Source: Eubacteriales bacterium (GTDB taxonomy: Bacteria; Bacillota; Clostridia; Oscillospirales; QAKW01). Taken from it: DNA of 51,858 nt. The notes beneath the pieces were generated by a model. That model saw only the letters and a list, made by a program, of their open reading frames with translations. It made no database searches and had not been told where the DNA came from. The position numbers and the translations under genes are program-made. This document shows, one piece after another, positions 35,195 through 44,996 of this stretch. The stretch is taken from positions 1-51,858 of the forward strand of contig JAZREO010000139.1 in assembly GCA_045660845.1 (NCBI GenBank), given 5' to 3'. Numbering within the stretch: position 1 is the first letter of the stretch; each line of letters begins with the position of its first letter.

Positions 35195-36234
35195 TATGCA
35201 TTTCCTCCTTCTTTCGCATTTTGATGACGAAGCTGACCGCAGGACGCAGAAATATCGCTTCCCAGCGTTCTGCGGATGGTTGCGTTCAGTCCTAATTTAG
35301 TCAGGCTTTGCTGAAAATTCAGCACATTCTTTCTCGAGGGTGGATGATAGCTTCCGTTTTCAATGGGGTTGACCGGAATCAAATTGACATGACATAAGAT
35401 TCCTCTCAACAGATCTGCCAGACGCTTTGCATCCTCATAGCGGTCATTCACACCCGCGATGACCGCATATTCAAACGAGATCCTGCGCCCGGTATGCAAC
35501 TGATATTCTCTGCAGGCGCTGATCAGTTCACTCAAATTATATTTACGGTTGACCGGCATCATTCCGGAACGGATGTCGTCGCTGGTGCCGTGCAGGGAGA
35601 TCGATAATGTAATAGGAAGTTCAAGTTCCGCCAGCCGCATCATTCCCGGTATCAGTCCGCAGGTGGAAAGAGAAATATGCCGATAGCCGATATTGATCCC
35701 CTCAGGGTCATTCACATTTTTCAAAAAGCGGACCACTTCATCAAAGTTATCCAAAGGTTCACCAATCCCCATCATGACGACATTGGTGATCCGGATCCCA
35801 AGATCGAGCTGCACTTGCAGGATCTGATCCAGGATCTCCCCCGCTGTCAAAGAACGAATCAAGCCGTTCTTGGTAGATTGACAAAAGGAGCAGCCCATTC
35901 TGCACCCGACCTGGCAGGAGATACAAATAGAGTAACCATGGTGATACTTCATCGCCACCGTTTCAATGATATTGCCGTCCTCCAGTTCAAAGAGATACTT
36001 GACGGTTTCATCGATTTGGGAACGAAAACGCTTATAAACATGAAGCGTCGTGATATGCGCGTCCTGCTCCAGTCGCTCTTTTAAAGCCTTCGGCAGGTCG
36101 GTCATCTCATCAAAGGTACCGACGCCGCGATGAAGCCAGCGAAAGATCTGCTTACTGCGAAACGCAGGTTCACCAAGACCAATTATGTAGGAAGATAGTT
36201 CTTCCCTTGTCATGGATTTTAAATCAGTTTTCAA
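35194..36234 (-). CDS. rlmN: 23S rRNA/tRNA m2A methyltransferase RlmN (radical SAM)
   Basis: CISCQVGCRMGCSFCQS (CxxxCxxC), with a C-terminal catalytic Cys in ...DISASCGQL. Confidence 0.9.
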   Translation of the reverse strand: MKTDLKSMTREELSSYIIGLGEPAFRSKQIFRWLHRGVGTFDEMTDLPKALKERLEQDAHITTLHVYKRFRSQIDETVKYLFELEDGNIIETVAMKYHHGYSICISCQVGCRMGCSFCQSTKNGLIRSLTAGEILDQILQVQLDLGIRITNVVMMGIGEPLDNFDEVVRFLKNVNDPEGINIGYRHISLSTCGLIPGMMRLAELELPITLSISLHGTSDDIRSGMMPVNRKYNLSELISACREYQLHTGRRISFEYAVIAGVNDRYEDAKRLADLLRGILCHVNLIPVNPIENGSYHPPSRKNVLNFQQSLTKLGLNATIRRTLGSDISASCGQLRHQNAKEGGNA

Positions 36235-37510
36235 CCATATAACCTTTCTTTAAAACAGCAATGAAAAAGCCATCCGCACCGAGCGCGGGCAAATAGGTCC
36301 TCTGCCCCTCGGGCAGAATTGTTTTATCCAAAAAAAAGCCCGGATTTTCTCTCAAAAAATGATTGACCAACTGTTCATTTTCGCGACGGTCAATGGTACA
36401 AGTGGAGTATACCAGCCTTCCGCCGGGTCTCAGGTACCGTCCGCCATTTTCGAGGATCCGGTACTGGACAGTTGCAAAATCCTCGCTTTTATATTTTTTA
36501 TACTTAATATCGGGCTTTTTACCCATGATACCAAGACCGCTGCAGGGCACATCGCACAAAACAAAATCAGCGGTTTCTACAAACTCCGCATTAAAAACCG
36601 ACGCATCTGCAAGCGCTGCGGTTACGTTGCGATGTCCCATTCGTTCAGCGGAGCGGTTTAAAAGCTCCACCTTATGTGCATGAATATCGAAGGCTTTGAT
36701 CTCCCCCTCTGTCAGCGCCGACATAACAAAGGTCTTGCCCCCCGGTGCCGCACAGAGATCCATAACAAAATCGGCATTTTCCGGCATCATCAGCGCCGCT
36801 TCCGCAGAATGGCGACCCACAACATGGTACCACCCCTCCTGATATGCCTTTGAACGCTCCACCGAAAAACCGGAGGATACCTTAAACAGATGCGGAAGGT
36901 CCGTCTTTTCAACTGCGACCTGCTCCTGCTGCATCATATCTAAAAAAACATTTTCGGCGCCGCGTTTAATGTTATGAAACAGATAAAAGGCAGTGTCCGT
37001 CTGACTGATGCTTTCCATGATTTCCTTAAAGGTCTCCTTGCCGTATTGATCCAGCAAAAGATCAACCAGTGCAGGAGCGATGGAATACCGGACGGAAAAG
37101 TCCGCTTTTTTTAATGCAAGCAATGTTTCCCGCTCCCGGTCACACCGGCGCAGGACCGCGTTTACAAAGCCGGCACTATGCGTCATACCACGCCTTTTGA
37201 TCAGTTCAACCGAAGTATTGCAGGCTGCAGATGCAGGAACCTGCATATAGAACATCTGGTAAACCCCCATCCGCAAGACCGAAAGAACAGCGGGTGCAAG
37301 GCGTGCCGTCTTTCGATCAGAGCATTGCTCGATAAAATGGTCCAGCGTTATTTTTCGCTCCACAACACCGTATACCATTGCGGTAATGAACCGCCGCGCC
37401 CGCTCTTCCGAAACAGAACGAAGGGTATTTTTTAAGGCGAGGTTGGGAAATGTCTTTTTCACTTCCCACTCTTCTATTAAATTAAAAGCAATAAACCTTG
37501 GATCCTTCAT
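36224..37510 (-). CDS. rsmB: 16S rRNA m5C967 methyltransferase RsmB
   Basis: NusB-like N-domain, DLCAAPGGKT, DVPCSGLG and YSTCT. Confidence 0.9.
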   Translation of the reverse strand: MKDPRFIAFNLIEEWEVKKTFPNLALKNTLRSVSEERARRFITAMVYGVVERKITLDHFIEQCSDRKTARLAPAVLSVLRMGVYQMFYMQVPASAACNTSVELIKRRGMTHSAGFVNAVLRRCDRERETLLALKKADFSVRYSIAPALVDLLLDQYGKETFKEIMESISQTDTAFYLFHNIKRGAENVFLDMMQQEQVAVEKTDLPHLFKVSSGFSVERSKAYQEGWYHVVGRHSAEAALMMPENADFVMDLCAAPGGKTFVMSALTEGEIKAFDIHAHKVELLNRSAERMGHRNVTAALADASVFNAEFVETADFVLCDVPCSGLGIMGKKPDIKYKKYKSEDFATVQYRILENGGRYLRPGGRLVYSTCTIDRRENEQLVNHFLRENPGFFLDKTILPEGQRTYLPALGADGFFIAVLKKGYMVEN

Positions 37511-38202
37511 CGGCGATTACGGGAACGGTTGATCAGTATCAGCAGCTGCCAAAGTACGGTGATGGCAGAGGCAACATAGGTCATTGCTGCAGCGGTTAAA
37601 ACCTTTCTCACACCGCGAACATCCTGCTCACCAAATCCGGCGGCTTCGATCTGCGCCACTGCGCGGGCAGAAGCATTAAACTCCACCGGCAGAGTGATCA
37701 GCTGAAAGAAAAACAAAACAACATAGCAAAGGATCGCCAAATTAAAGATCACTGTGCTATAAGAGGCACTGGAAATGAAAAAGCTGGCGAGCATCAAAAA
37801 ATAAAGCAGTTTCGAGCTAAAGTTTGTGATTCCCACCACCGCAGAGCGGACACGGATGGGAAAATAGCCAACGCTATGCTGGATGGCATGACCGCACTCA
37901 TGGGCAGCGATACCGACAGAAGCGATACTGGTACCGTTATACACCCGCTCTGAAAGCCGGACCACCTTTTTAGTAGGATCAAAATGATCGGAAAGCTGTC
38001 CGCCGATACAGACGACCTGAACATCATGAATACCAGCCCTGCGCAGAATCATTTCAGCCATCTGCGCACCGGTCATTCCCTTTCCGTTGGAAAGCCCGGC
38101 ATATTTGGAATAGGTGGATTGCATCCGGATCTGCACAATGATCACCAGCAGTAATACCGGGAGCATCGCAAAGATACCGAAATAATAGGTTTGGAACAGC
38201 AT
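37507..38202 (-). CDS. membrane zinc metallopeptidase (YugP-like)
   Basis: HECGHAIQH (HExxH), an N-terminal TM segment and C-terminal TM segments. 231 aa. Confidence 0.8.
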   Translation of the reverse strand: MLFQTYYFGIFAMLPVLLLVIIVQIRMQSTYSKYAGLSNGKGMTGAQMAEMILRRAGIHDVQVVCIGGQLSDHFDPTKKVVRLSERVYNGTSIASVGIAAHECGHAIQHSVGYFPIRVRSAVVGITNFSSKLLYFLMLASFFISSASYSTVIFNLAILCYVVLFFFQLITLPVEFNASARAVAQIEAAGFGEQDVRGVRKVLTAAAMTYVASAITVLWQLLILINRSRNRR

Positions 38203-38218
38203 TTGTTCTCTGTCTCCT

Positions 38219-39154
38219 TTATTTTAAATATTCCCCTACGGCAAGTTTAGCGCCGCAGGCATAGGAATATGCATCTGTCTTGTTTTTTCCCTGCTTTTGG
38301 ATGGTCTTGATCAAAACACAGTTTCCATCCCCGCAAGCAACAGCAACACCGTTCTGAGAAATTCCCGTAATTACTCCGGCAGGTTTATTTGTATTCTCCC
38401 CCAGATAAGCCTCATGAAACTTCAGACGGTATCCGTCACATTCTAAAAATGCACCCGGTGAAGGATTCATACCCATGATCAGATCCCGCACCGCCTTTGC
38501 GCCTCGATTGAAGTCCAAAGCCGCTTCAGCTTTATCGATCATCGGTGCATAGGTGGCATCCTCTTCCTTTTGCGGAGTAAATTCCGCCGTCCCAGCCTCC
38601 AGCAAAGGAATCGTCTCAAGAAGCGCTTCGACTCCCAACTCCGCCAAACGGTCAAAAAGGGTGCCTGCAGTATCTTCCGGATAGATAGGGATCGTTTTCT
38701 GAAGGATCATATCCCCCGTATCCATCCCCTTCGCCATTCGCATAATGGTAATGCCGGTTTCAGTATCTCCATTGATAACTGCGCGCTGGATCGGCGCAGC
38801 ACCGCGATACTTCGGCAGTAATGAGCCATGGATGTTGATACACCCAAGACGGGGATAGTCTAAGATATATTCCGGTAAGATCCGTCCGTAGGCCGCAACC
38901 ACGATCAGATCGGGATTTGTTTCCTCCAAAACCGGAAGAAATGCGTTATCCTTCAAAGCAGTAGGCTGCCAGACGGGCAGACCGTGCTCCAATGCAAATT
39001 CCTTTACCGGCGGAGCTGCCATTTTTCCACCGCGTCCCTTGGGGCGGTCGGGCTGGGTTACAACGCCTACCAAATGATAGTGCTCATACACCGCTTTGCA
39101 GGATGCAAGAGCAAAATCCGGCGTACCCATAAAAAGTACACGCAGCTTATTCAT
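38219..39154 (-). CDS. fmt: methionyl-tRNA formyltransferase
   Basis: LRVLFMGTPDFA, NIHGSLLPKYRGAAPIQ. Confidence 0.95.
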   Translation of the reverse strand: MNKLRVLFMGTPDFALASCKAVYEHYHLVGVVTQPDRPKGRGGKMAAPPVKEFALEHGLPVWQPTALKDNAFLPVLEETNPDLIVVAAYGRILPEYILDYPRLGCINIHGSLLPKYRGAAPIQRAVINGDTETGITIMRMAKGMDTGDMILQKTIPIYPEDTAGTLFDRLAELGVEALLETIPLLEAGTAEFTPQKEEDATYAPMIDKAEAALDFNRGAKAVRDLIMGMNPSPGAFLECDGYRLKFHEAYLGENTNKPAGVITGISQNGVAVACGDGNCVLIKTIQKQGKNKTDAYSYACGAKLAVGEYLK

Positions 39155-39614
39155 TCTCGAAAACCTCTTCTCCGATCATAGGGATGGTAATACCTTCAAG
39201 ATGGTCATATTCATGGAGCAGACAGCGAGCAACAAAATCCTCACCGGTAAACTCAAACCATTCGCCCTTTACATTCTGAGCCCGCATCTTAACCTTATTG
39301 GCGCGGACAATACGAAAACTCCGACCGGGAAAAGACAGGCACCCTTCATAATAGCGATCATTCCTACCGGTAGCAGAAATGATCTCCGGATTGATGAATT
39401 CTTTATACTCTGAGCCATCGCAGTTGATATCGGCAATAAAGATCCGACGAAGGACCCCCACCTGCGGAGCCGCAAGACCGGCGCCCTCCTCCTTACGGAG
39501 GGTCTCCCTCATATCCTGGATCAAAGTCGCCAGCTTATCATCAAAGCTGGTAACCGGTCTGGATTTCTTACCCAAAAAGGTCATATCGTTTTTTACCACA
39601 TTTCTAAGAGCCAT
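39147..39614 (-). CDS. def: peptide deformylase
   Basis: GAGLAAPQVG, EGCLSFPG and HEYDHLEG. Confidence 0.95.
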   Translation of the reverse strand: MALRNVVKNDMTFLGKKSRPVTSFDDKLATLIQDMRETLRKEEGAGLAAPQVGVLRRIFIADINCDGSEYKEFINPEIISATGRNDRYYEGCLSFPGRSFRIVRANKVKMRAQNVKGEWFEFTGEDFVARCLLHEYDHLEGITIPMIGEEVFENE

Positions 39615-39623
39615 TCTCTCACC

Positions 39624-42047
39624 TCAAAAATATTGGATAGGATTGATGTTAAACAATACCTGTAAGCCGTTCGGCATATCCAGATCACGACACTCGCAGA
39701 TCAGCTGCCGCAGCCTTGCAGAATTTTTACATTTCACCAGCATCTGCATCCGATACCGTCCGCGCAGCATTCCGATCCGTGGAACAACCGGCGAAAGCAA
39801 CCGCAACGGAATATCCTTATACTCTCCATTGCTCGCCTGCTGGAGATAGCGATAAAGGATGCCCATTCCATCAGCAACCGCCTGCTGTGAGAATCCTTCC
39901 GCGACGATCAGCAGGATATCGCAGAAGGGCGGATAACCCACCAGTTTACGGAAAGCGATCTCTTGGCGGTAAAATTGCAGATAATCCTGGTCTTTCGAAA
40001 GGGCGATCACCTGGTGATCCGGACAATAAGTCTGGATAATCGCTCGCCCGGGCTTCCCGCTCCGTCCAGAGCGTCCGCAGACCTGCGTCAGCAGATTAAA
40101 AGTCCGCTCATTAGCGCGAAAATCATCCGTATAGAGGGACATATCAGCCTGCAGCACTCCTACCAGCGTTACCGCGGGAAAATCCAATCCCTTGGCAACC
40201 ATCTGCGTGCCCAGCATCACATCATACTCTCCTTCGCGGAAAGCAGTCAGCAACTCACCATAGGAAAGATAAGAATCAACCGTATCCATATCCATTCGTA
40301 ATATACGCACAGACGGAAAGAGCGATTGCAGTTCTTCTTCCACATACTGCGTTCCCAAACCGAGCATTTTAATATGCTCGCTGCCGCAATCGGGGCATTT
40401 ATAAAAGCGTTTGATATTATAGCCACAATAATGGCACATCAGGCGCTGATTAGGCTTATGAAAAGTCAGAGCGATCCCGCATGACGGGCATTTTGCCACC
40501 GCACCGCAAGATGAGCAACCTACAACAGAGTGCATCCCCCGGCGATTTAAAAAGAGGATCGCCTGTTCCTTGGCGGCAAAAGTTTCCTCCAAGGCTGTTT
40601 TCAGCGGTTCGCTGAAGAGTTTTGCCCCCTCAACCAAGGTCTCCTGCCGCATATCCACCAGACGGACCTCCGGCAGAGTCGCATTATTGTAGCGCTTTGT
40701 CAGGGTATGGAGGCGGTAGCGACCACGCTCCGCCTGATAGTAGCTTTCTATTGCCGGCGTTGCCGATGCGATCAGCAACGGAACACTGGCATAATGAGAA
40801 AGAAAACGTGCCACGTCCCTTGCATGGAACCGAGGACTGCTCTCAGATTTATAACTGGATTCATGCTCCTCGTCCATAATAATCAGTCCGAGATTATTCA
40901 GTGGTGCAAAAACCGCACTCCGGGTTCCGACAACGATTTTGGCGCTGCCGCTATGGATCTTTTTCCATTCGTCGGCTTTTTCGCCAATGGAAAGGCCACT
41001 GTGCAGCACCGATACACAGTCACCATACCGAAGATAAAACTTGCTCAGCATCTGAGGAGTCAAAGCAATCTCCGGTACCAGCATCAGGACCGACTTCCCA
41101 GCGGCTGTCAGGTCATCCATCAGACGCATAAAAACATAGGTCTTTCCGCTACCGGTCACGCCGTAAAGCAAGTGGGTCCCCTCTTGATCAATGCAAGCAG
41201 AGATCCCCCGATATGCGGTTTCCTGCTCCGCCTCCAGATGGATCGACCGACGGTCCTCGCCGCGCTCCATTGCCTGATAGGGGGTCCGCTCTTTCGCTTC
41301 ACTGTAGACCTCGATCAAACCTTTTTGGGAAAGGGTCTTGACTGTGGAGGGACCGCAGCCGGAATAATACAAGGCGTCCTTAGCAGACATCACCGGCTCA
41401 TCTAAAAATAGCATCAATAAGTCCCGCTGCTTTTCAAAACGGCGGTCCAGTTCCGCAAGATAGAGCTCGATCTCCTCCACCGGACGGGCCAAGCGGATCT
41501 TCTTCTCTTTCAGGTCACCGATATTACGAATGGACCGGATCTCCTCGATCAGGACTCCGTCACGAAAGGCCGGTAAGCAAAGACGCTTGAACTTAGCGGG
41601 AAAATCAGAGCGGCGTACCGCTTTGCCGGTTTCTTGCATAAAGTGGACCAGTTCTTGATAAGACTCCGGAAATTCAGCCAGATCCGGATTCAAAGCAAAG
41701 ATCTCATTAACTTTATAGTCCAGCCCACGAGGGATCATGCAGCGGATCGCCTGATAGCGTGTAACAAAATACTGATCTGCCATCCATTCAGCCAGCCTCA
41801 GATGGATCGTATCCAGCATCGGCTTCTGATCCAGAACGCGAACAACGCTCTTTAGCTCTGGTGCAGACTTACCTTCAAAGACAGAAAATACCATTGCCTT
41901 TTTCAGGACATTTCCGTTACCGAAAGGCACCAATACCCGCATTCCGGGCAAAACAGACGCACCCAAAGAGTCCGGTAAAAGATAATCATAATCTTTATCG
42001 ATCTTTTGGATGATCTGATCAATTGCGACCCGGCAGATCAACGGCAT
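39624..42047 (-). CDS. priA: primosomal replication restart helicase PriA
   Basis: [12 protein letters not shown], a Cys-rich zinc insertion (CSSCG...CPSCG...CHYCG...CPDCG) and GRSGR. Confidence 0.95.
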   Translation of the reverse strand: MPLICRVAIDQIIQKIDKDYDYLLPDSLGASVLPGMRVLVPFGNGNVLKKAMVFSVFEGKSAPELKSVVRVLDQKPMLDTIHLRLAEWMADQYFVTRYQAIRCMIPRGLDYKVNEIFALNPDLAEFPESYQELVHFMQETGKAVRRSDFPAKFKRLCLPAFRDGVLIEEIRSIRNIGDLKEKKIRLARPVEEIELYLAELDRRFEKQRDLLMLFLDEPVMSAKDALYYSGCGPSTVKTLSQKGLIEVYSEAKERTPYQAMERGEDRRSIHLEAEQETAYRGISACIDQEGTHLLYGVTGSGKTYVFMRLMDDLTAAGKSVLMLVPEIALTPQMLSKFYLRYGDCVSVLHSGLSIGEKADEWKKIHSGSAKIVVGTRSAVFAPLNNLGLIIMDEEHESSYKSESSPRFHARDVARFLSHYASVPLLIASATPAIESYYQAERGRYRLHTLTKRYNNATLPEVRLVDMRQETLVEGAKLFSEPLKTALEETFAAKEQAILFLNRRGMHSVVGCSSCGAVAKCPSCGIALTFHKPNQRLMCHYCGYNIKRFYKCPDCGSEHIKMLGLGTQYVEEELQSLFPSVRILRMDMDTVDSYLSYGELLTAFREGEYDVMLGTQMVAKGLDFPAVTLVGVLQADMSLYTDDFRANERTFNLLTQVCGRSGRSGKPGRAIIQTYCPDHQVIALSKDQDYLQFYRQEIAFRKLVGYPPFCDILLIVAEGFSQQAVADGMGILYRYLQQASNGEYKDIPLRLLSPVVPRIGMLRGRYRMQMLVKCKNSARLRQLICECRDLDMPNGLQVLFNINPIQYF

Positions 42048-42049
42048 GA

Positions 42050-42274
42050 TTATTCTTCGCTTGCCGCTTCCTCAGCGGGAAATTCCTCGACCTTGAGGGC
42101 AACTTTACCGTCGGCAATGTCGTTGATCGCCAGCTTGACCGGCTTATCGGTCAATTCGATCTCCTCTGCCTCCGCTATTTCGGAAATCTGGCGGGCACGT
42201 TTAGCCGTCATGATCACCAGCGCATAGCGGCTTCTGGTTACTTTCTCTAATTCAGATACTGCGGGATATAACAT
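42050..42274 (-). CDS. rpoZ: RNA polymerase omega subunit
   Basis: 74 aa with SRYALVIMTAKRARQI. Confidence 0.9.
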   Translation of the reverse strand: MLYPAVSELEKVTRSRYALVIMTAKRARQISEIAEAEEIELTDKPVKLAINDIADGKVALKVEEFPAEEAASEE

Positions 42275-42294
42275 TGTTAAAATACTCCTTTGTA

Positions 42295-42849
42295 TTATTT
42301 TTTTAAAATCACGTTTATTTCATTGGCAGCCCTTACAACATCGTCGTTGACTACCCTGAAATCATATTGATCTGCACCGGCAAGCTCCTGGCGCGCCTCG
42401 GCAATCCTCGCGGCCACCACATCCGCCGCTTCAGTTCCGCGTCCGACCAGCCGCCTTTCCAGTTCTTCAAGGCTGGGCGGCAGAATAAAGATCGAAAGAG
42501 CGTCCGGACATTTAGATTTTACCTGGCGGGCGCCGCAAGGCTCGATCTCTAATACGATGTCCTGCCCCTTTAAACGATGATCTTCCACAAAATCCGCCGG
42601 TGTACCATAGTAATTATCGCAATAGGTGGTATATTCCAGCATTTCACCGCGGGCGATTTTTTCTTCAAATGCTTCTTTGGTGATGAAGAAATACTGCACA
42701 CCGTCCTGTTCCCCCGGTCTTGGTAAACGGGTCGTGGCAGATACAGAATATTTCAATTGCGGATTATGACGAAAGACCTCTGCCAAAACCGTCCCCTTTC
42801 CAGCACCGCTGGGACCGGACACAATGATCAGTTTTCCTTTATTCGCCAT
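42295..42849 (-). CDS. gmk: guanylate kinase
   Basis: [14 protein letters not shown] and SATTR.PR.GE.DG..Y.F. The start at MANKGK is preferred. In-frame ATGs at 42855, 42858 and 42867 are alternatives. Confidence 0.9.
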   Translation of the reverse strand: MANKGKLIIVSGPSGAGKGTVLAEVFRHNPQLKYSVSATTRLPRPGEQDGVQYFFITKEAFEEKIARGEMLEYTTYCDNYYGTPADFVEDHRLKGQDIVLEIEPCGARQVKSKCPDALSIFILPPSLEELERRLVGRGTEAADVVAARIAEARQELAGADQYDFRVVNDDVVRAANEINVILKK

Positions 42850-43105
42850 CCTCATCATCCTCTTCATCGTAACTATCGGTCAATCGATTGGCAACCGTCT
42901 CCGGCTGCAGTGGGGACAAGATCACATGGTCACTATCAGTGATAATCACCGCGCGAGTACGACGTCCGTAGGTGGCATCCACCAAAACACTGCTTTCCTT
43001 TGCTTCCAGAATGATACGTTTAATAGGGGCACTGTCCGGACTGACAATGGCGATGATCCGGGATGAATTGATCATATTACCGAATCCAATGTTAATCAGC
43101 TTCAT
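42839..43105 (-). CDS. remA: RemA/YlzA (DUF370) regulator
   Basis: [32 protein letters not shown]..., with an acidic C-tail. Confidence 0.85.
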   Translation of the reverse strand: MKLINIGFGNMINSSRIIAIVSPDSAPIKRIILEAKESSVLVDATYGRRTRAVIITDSDHVILSPLQPETVANRLTDSYDEEDDEDGE

Positions 43106-43117
43106 GGCGTTTTCTCC

Positions 43118-44002
43118 TCACTCCACATTTTGAATCTGCTCGCGGATCTTCTCAATGCAGGATTTTACATCCACAACGATCCGGGTGATCTCGATACTGT
43201 TGCACTTGGAACCAATGGTGTTGATCTCCCGGTTCATTTCCTGCACCAGGAAGTCCAACTTTTTACCAATGGGTCCACCCTGCTCCAGCAGGCTTTCAAA
43301 CTGCGCAAGGTGGCTTCGCAGTCGGACCGTTTCTTCATCTACTGCAACTTTATCGGCGAAGATGGCAACCTCTGTCAAAAGACGGCCTTCATCCAAATTG
43401 CGATCTTCCAAGGTTTCGCGGATCTTTTCCTCCAGCCGCTGGCGATATGCCGCCACCGAAGCAGGTGCAAGCTCTTCCACCTTTTCCACCGCAGAAGCAA
43501 TAAAATTCAGGTTATCGAGAAGATCGCCCTTCAGCTTTTGACCTTCCACCTCACGCATTGCAATAAAAGACTCCAATGCCTGATCCAGTCCTGCCAAAAC
43601 AGCAGCCTTTACATCCTCCTCTGCAACATCCGGCTGCGCAATAGTGATCACATCCGGCAACGTCATCAACCGGGACGCTTTTAGATCATTCTCTACACCG
43701 TAAGTCACCTTCAGCAGATTGGCGGCGTCCAGGTACGCTCGCACCAAGTTCTGATCCACCTCAGCCTTCAGTTCGGTCTCCGCTGTACTTTTCTCGGTAT
43801 GGAAATAAATATCGATCTTTCCTCGGGCAACCGATTCTGCCACCCGCTTTTTGATCGGCTCTTCCAAAAACGCATAATCCTTGTAGATACGAGCAGAGAA
43901 ATCAAAGAAACGGTGATTGACCGATTTGATGTCAATAGTAAATTCCAGCCCACCAAAGGAACCAGTGCCCCGACCGAAGCCGGTCATGCTTTTAACTGTC
44001 AT
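43118..44002 (-). CDS. yicC: YicC/YloC family endoribonuclease
   Basis: MTGFGRG......IKSVNHRF at the N-terminus and QEMNREINTIGSK....I at the C-terminus. Confidence 0.9.
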   Translation of the reverse strand: MTVKSMTGFGRGTGSFGGLEFTIDIKSVNHRFFDFSARIYKDYAFLEEPIKKRVAESVARGKIDIYFHTEKSTAETELKAEVDQNLVRAYLDAANLLKVTYGVENDLKASRLMTLPDVITIAQPDVAEEDVKAAVLAGLDQALESFIAMREVEGQKLKGDLLDNLNFIASAVEKVEELAPASVAAYRQRLEEKIRETLEDRNLDEGRLLTEVAIFADKVAVDEETVRLRSHLAQFESLLEQGGPIGKKLDFLVQEMNREINTIGSKCNSIEITRIVVDVKSCIEKIREQIQNVE

Positions 44003-44031
44003 ACATAGTACCTCACTATTTTTATTATATA

Positions 44032-44060
44032 ATAATAACCATAAAAAGTAGTTTTGTCAA
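44032..44060 (-). promoter_or_regulatory. sigma-A promoter heading the yicC...recN array
   Basis: Minus strand: TTGACA, a 17 nt spacer, then TATTAT, about 30 nt upstream of ATG 44002 (RBS GTGAGGT). Confidence 0.55.
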
Positions 44061-44077
44061 TATAATACAGTTTTTTA

Positions 44078-44109
44078 ATAAATAAACCCACCGAAAATAA
44101 TCGGTGGGT
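44078..44109 (-). terminator. terminator after gerQ
   Basis: On the minus strand ACCCACCGA-TTATTT-TCGGTGGGT is followed by TTTATTTATT. Confidence 0.75.
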
Positions 44110-44116
44110 CTTGATA

Positions 44117-44452
44117 TTAAACTCGTCTTTTCGGAACCTTTCCCGCAGGAAGCACACCGGAACCGGCAAATGTCACAAATTTGATTGCATAAAGATCGCA
44201 TACAACATAGTTTCCACTCCGCGGCTCGAATAAAACCACAAAGCTGACGCCCACATCATACAAGATCCCCTCTTTTTGAACAAGGTTTTCCGTACCGATC
44301 AAAAAATCGATAATGCAGTATTGTCCTTCATTATTGCGCAACGCCTGCTGCCAGGAGCCGGGATACGCCGGTGACTGCATAAAATCAGAATTGCTGCTGT
44401 CTGACGACTGAAAAAAACTTCCGCTACCGTTCAATTCACCCATGTAATACAC
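44117..44452 (-). CDS. gerQ: GerQ-like spore coat protein
   Basis: The C-terminal 65 aa (SWQQALRNNEGQYCIIDFLIG...GILYDVGVSFVVLFEPRSGNYVVCDLYAIKFVTF) align with my recollection of the B. subtilis GerQ core (N.GK...Y.TF...G.L...G.D.....P.SG.......I.YITF). The gene lies directly downstream of the cwlJ homologue. Confidence 0.6.
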   Translation of the reverse strand: MYYMGELNGSGSFFQSSDSSNSDFMQSPAYPGSWQQALRNNEGQYCIIDFLIGTENLVQKEGILYDVGVSFVVLFEPRSGNYVVCDLYAIKFVTFAGSGVLPAGKVPKRRV

Positions 44453-44464
44453 CTCGCAATAAAA

Positions 44465-44905
44465 TTATGTAAACTCATATAAATCCGTTGGATTATAAAA
44501 GCAATGTGCTTGGTACTTTCCAATGTAATACCCAACATCCGATGGAAAAGTCTGCCTGCAATTCACATTAAACGGATTATAAAACCAAAGAGAATCTCCC
44601 AGACCCGGCAGTCGGTTTCCGGCAATAGCCCAATCAGCGATGGCATAGTGAATACCTGTTGGGTTCATATTGTAAATATTCTGGGGATTTTCACGTCCGT
44701 TCACAACGGTACTAACGCATTCAAACTGTCCCGGCTGCATGATAATATTTCGAATATTTCCCTGTCCGACCCGAGCATATTCCCCCACCGGATAGCGCAC
44801 CCGATTCATGATCACGCTGGCAACTGCCGCCATTCCAATATCTCCCTCACCGCCAGCTTCGCATTGGATCAGTCGCGCAAGCAGCTCCCGTTCTGAAAAC
44901 GCCAT
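44465..44905 (-). CDS. cwlJ: spore cortex-lytic enzyme, CwlJ/SleB catalytic-domain family
   Basis: ERELLARLIQCEAGGEGDIGMAAVASVIMNRV...PGQFE is the Hydrolase_2 domain. 146 aa with no PG-binding domain, so CwlJ-like rather than SleB-like. Confidence 0.85.
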   Translation of the reverse strand: MAFSERELLARLIQCEAGGEGDIGMAAVASVIMNRVRYPVGEYARVGQGNIRNIIMQPGQFECVSTVVNGRENPQNIYNMNPTGIHYAIADWAIAGNRLPGLGDSLWFYNPFNVNCRQTFPSDVGYYIGKYQAHCFYNPTDLYEFT

Positions 44906-44949
44906 ATCACCACCTCACTTGCTGTATTCTATGCAGACTGACACCGGAA

Positions 44950-44984
44950 TATGAGAAAAGACGCCCCGTTATGGAGCGTCTTTT
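44950..44984 (-). terminator. terminator after uvrA
   Basis: AAAAGACGC...GCGTCTTTT forms a 9 bp stem plus inner pairs, with T-runs on both strands. Confidence 0.7.
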
Positions 44985-44996
44985 TGTAATGGTTAT

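Noticed and set aside
40707-41405. 232 aa ORF antisense to priA
   Set aside because: Shadow ORF opposite the conserved helicase core.
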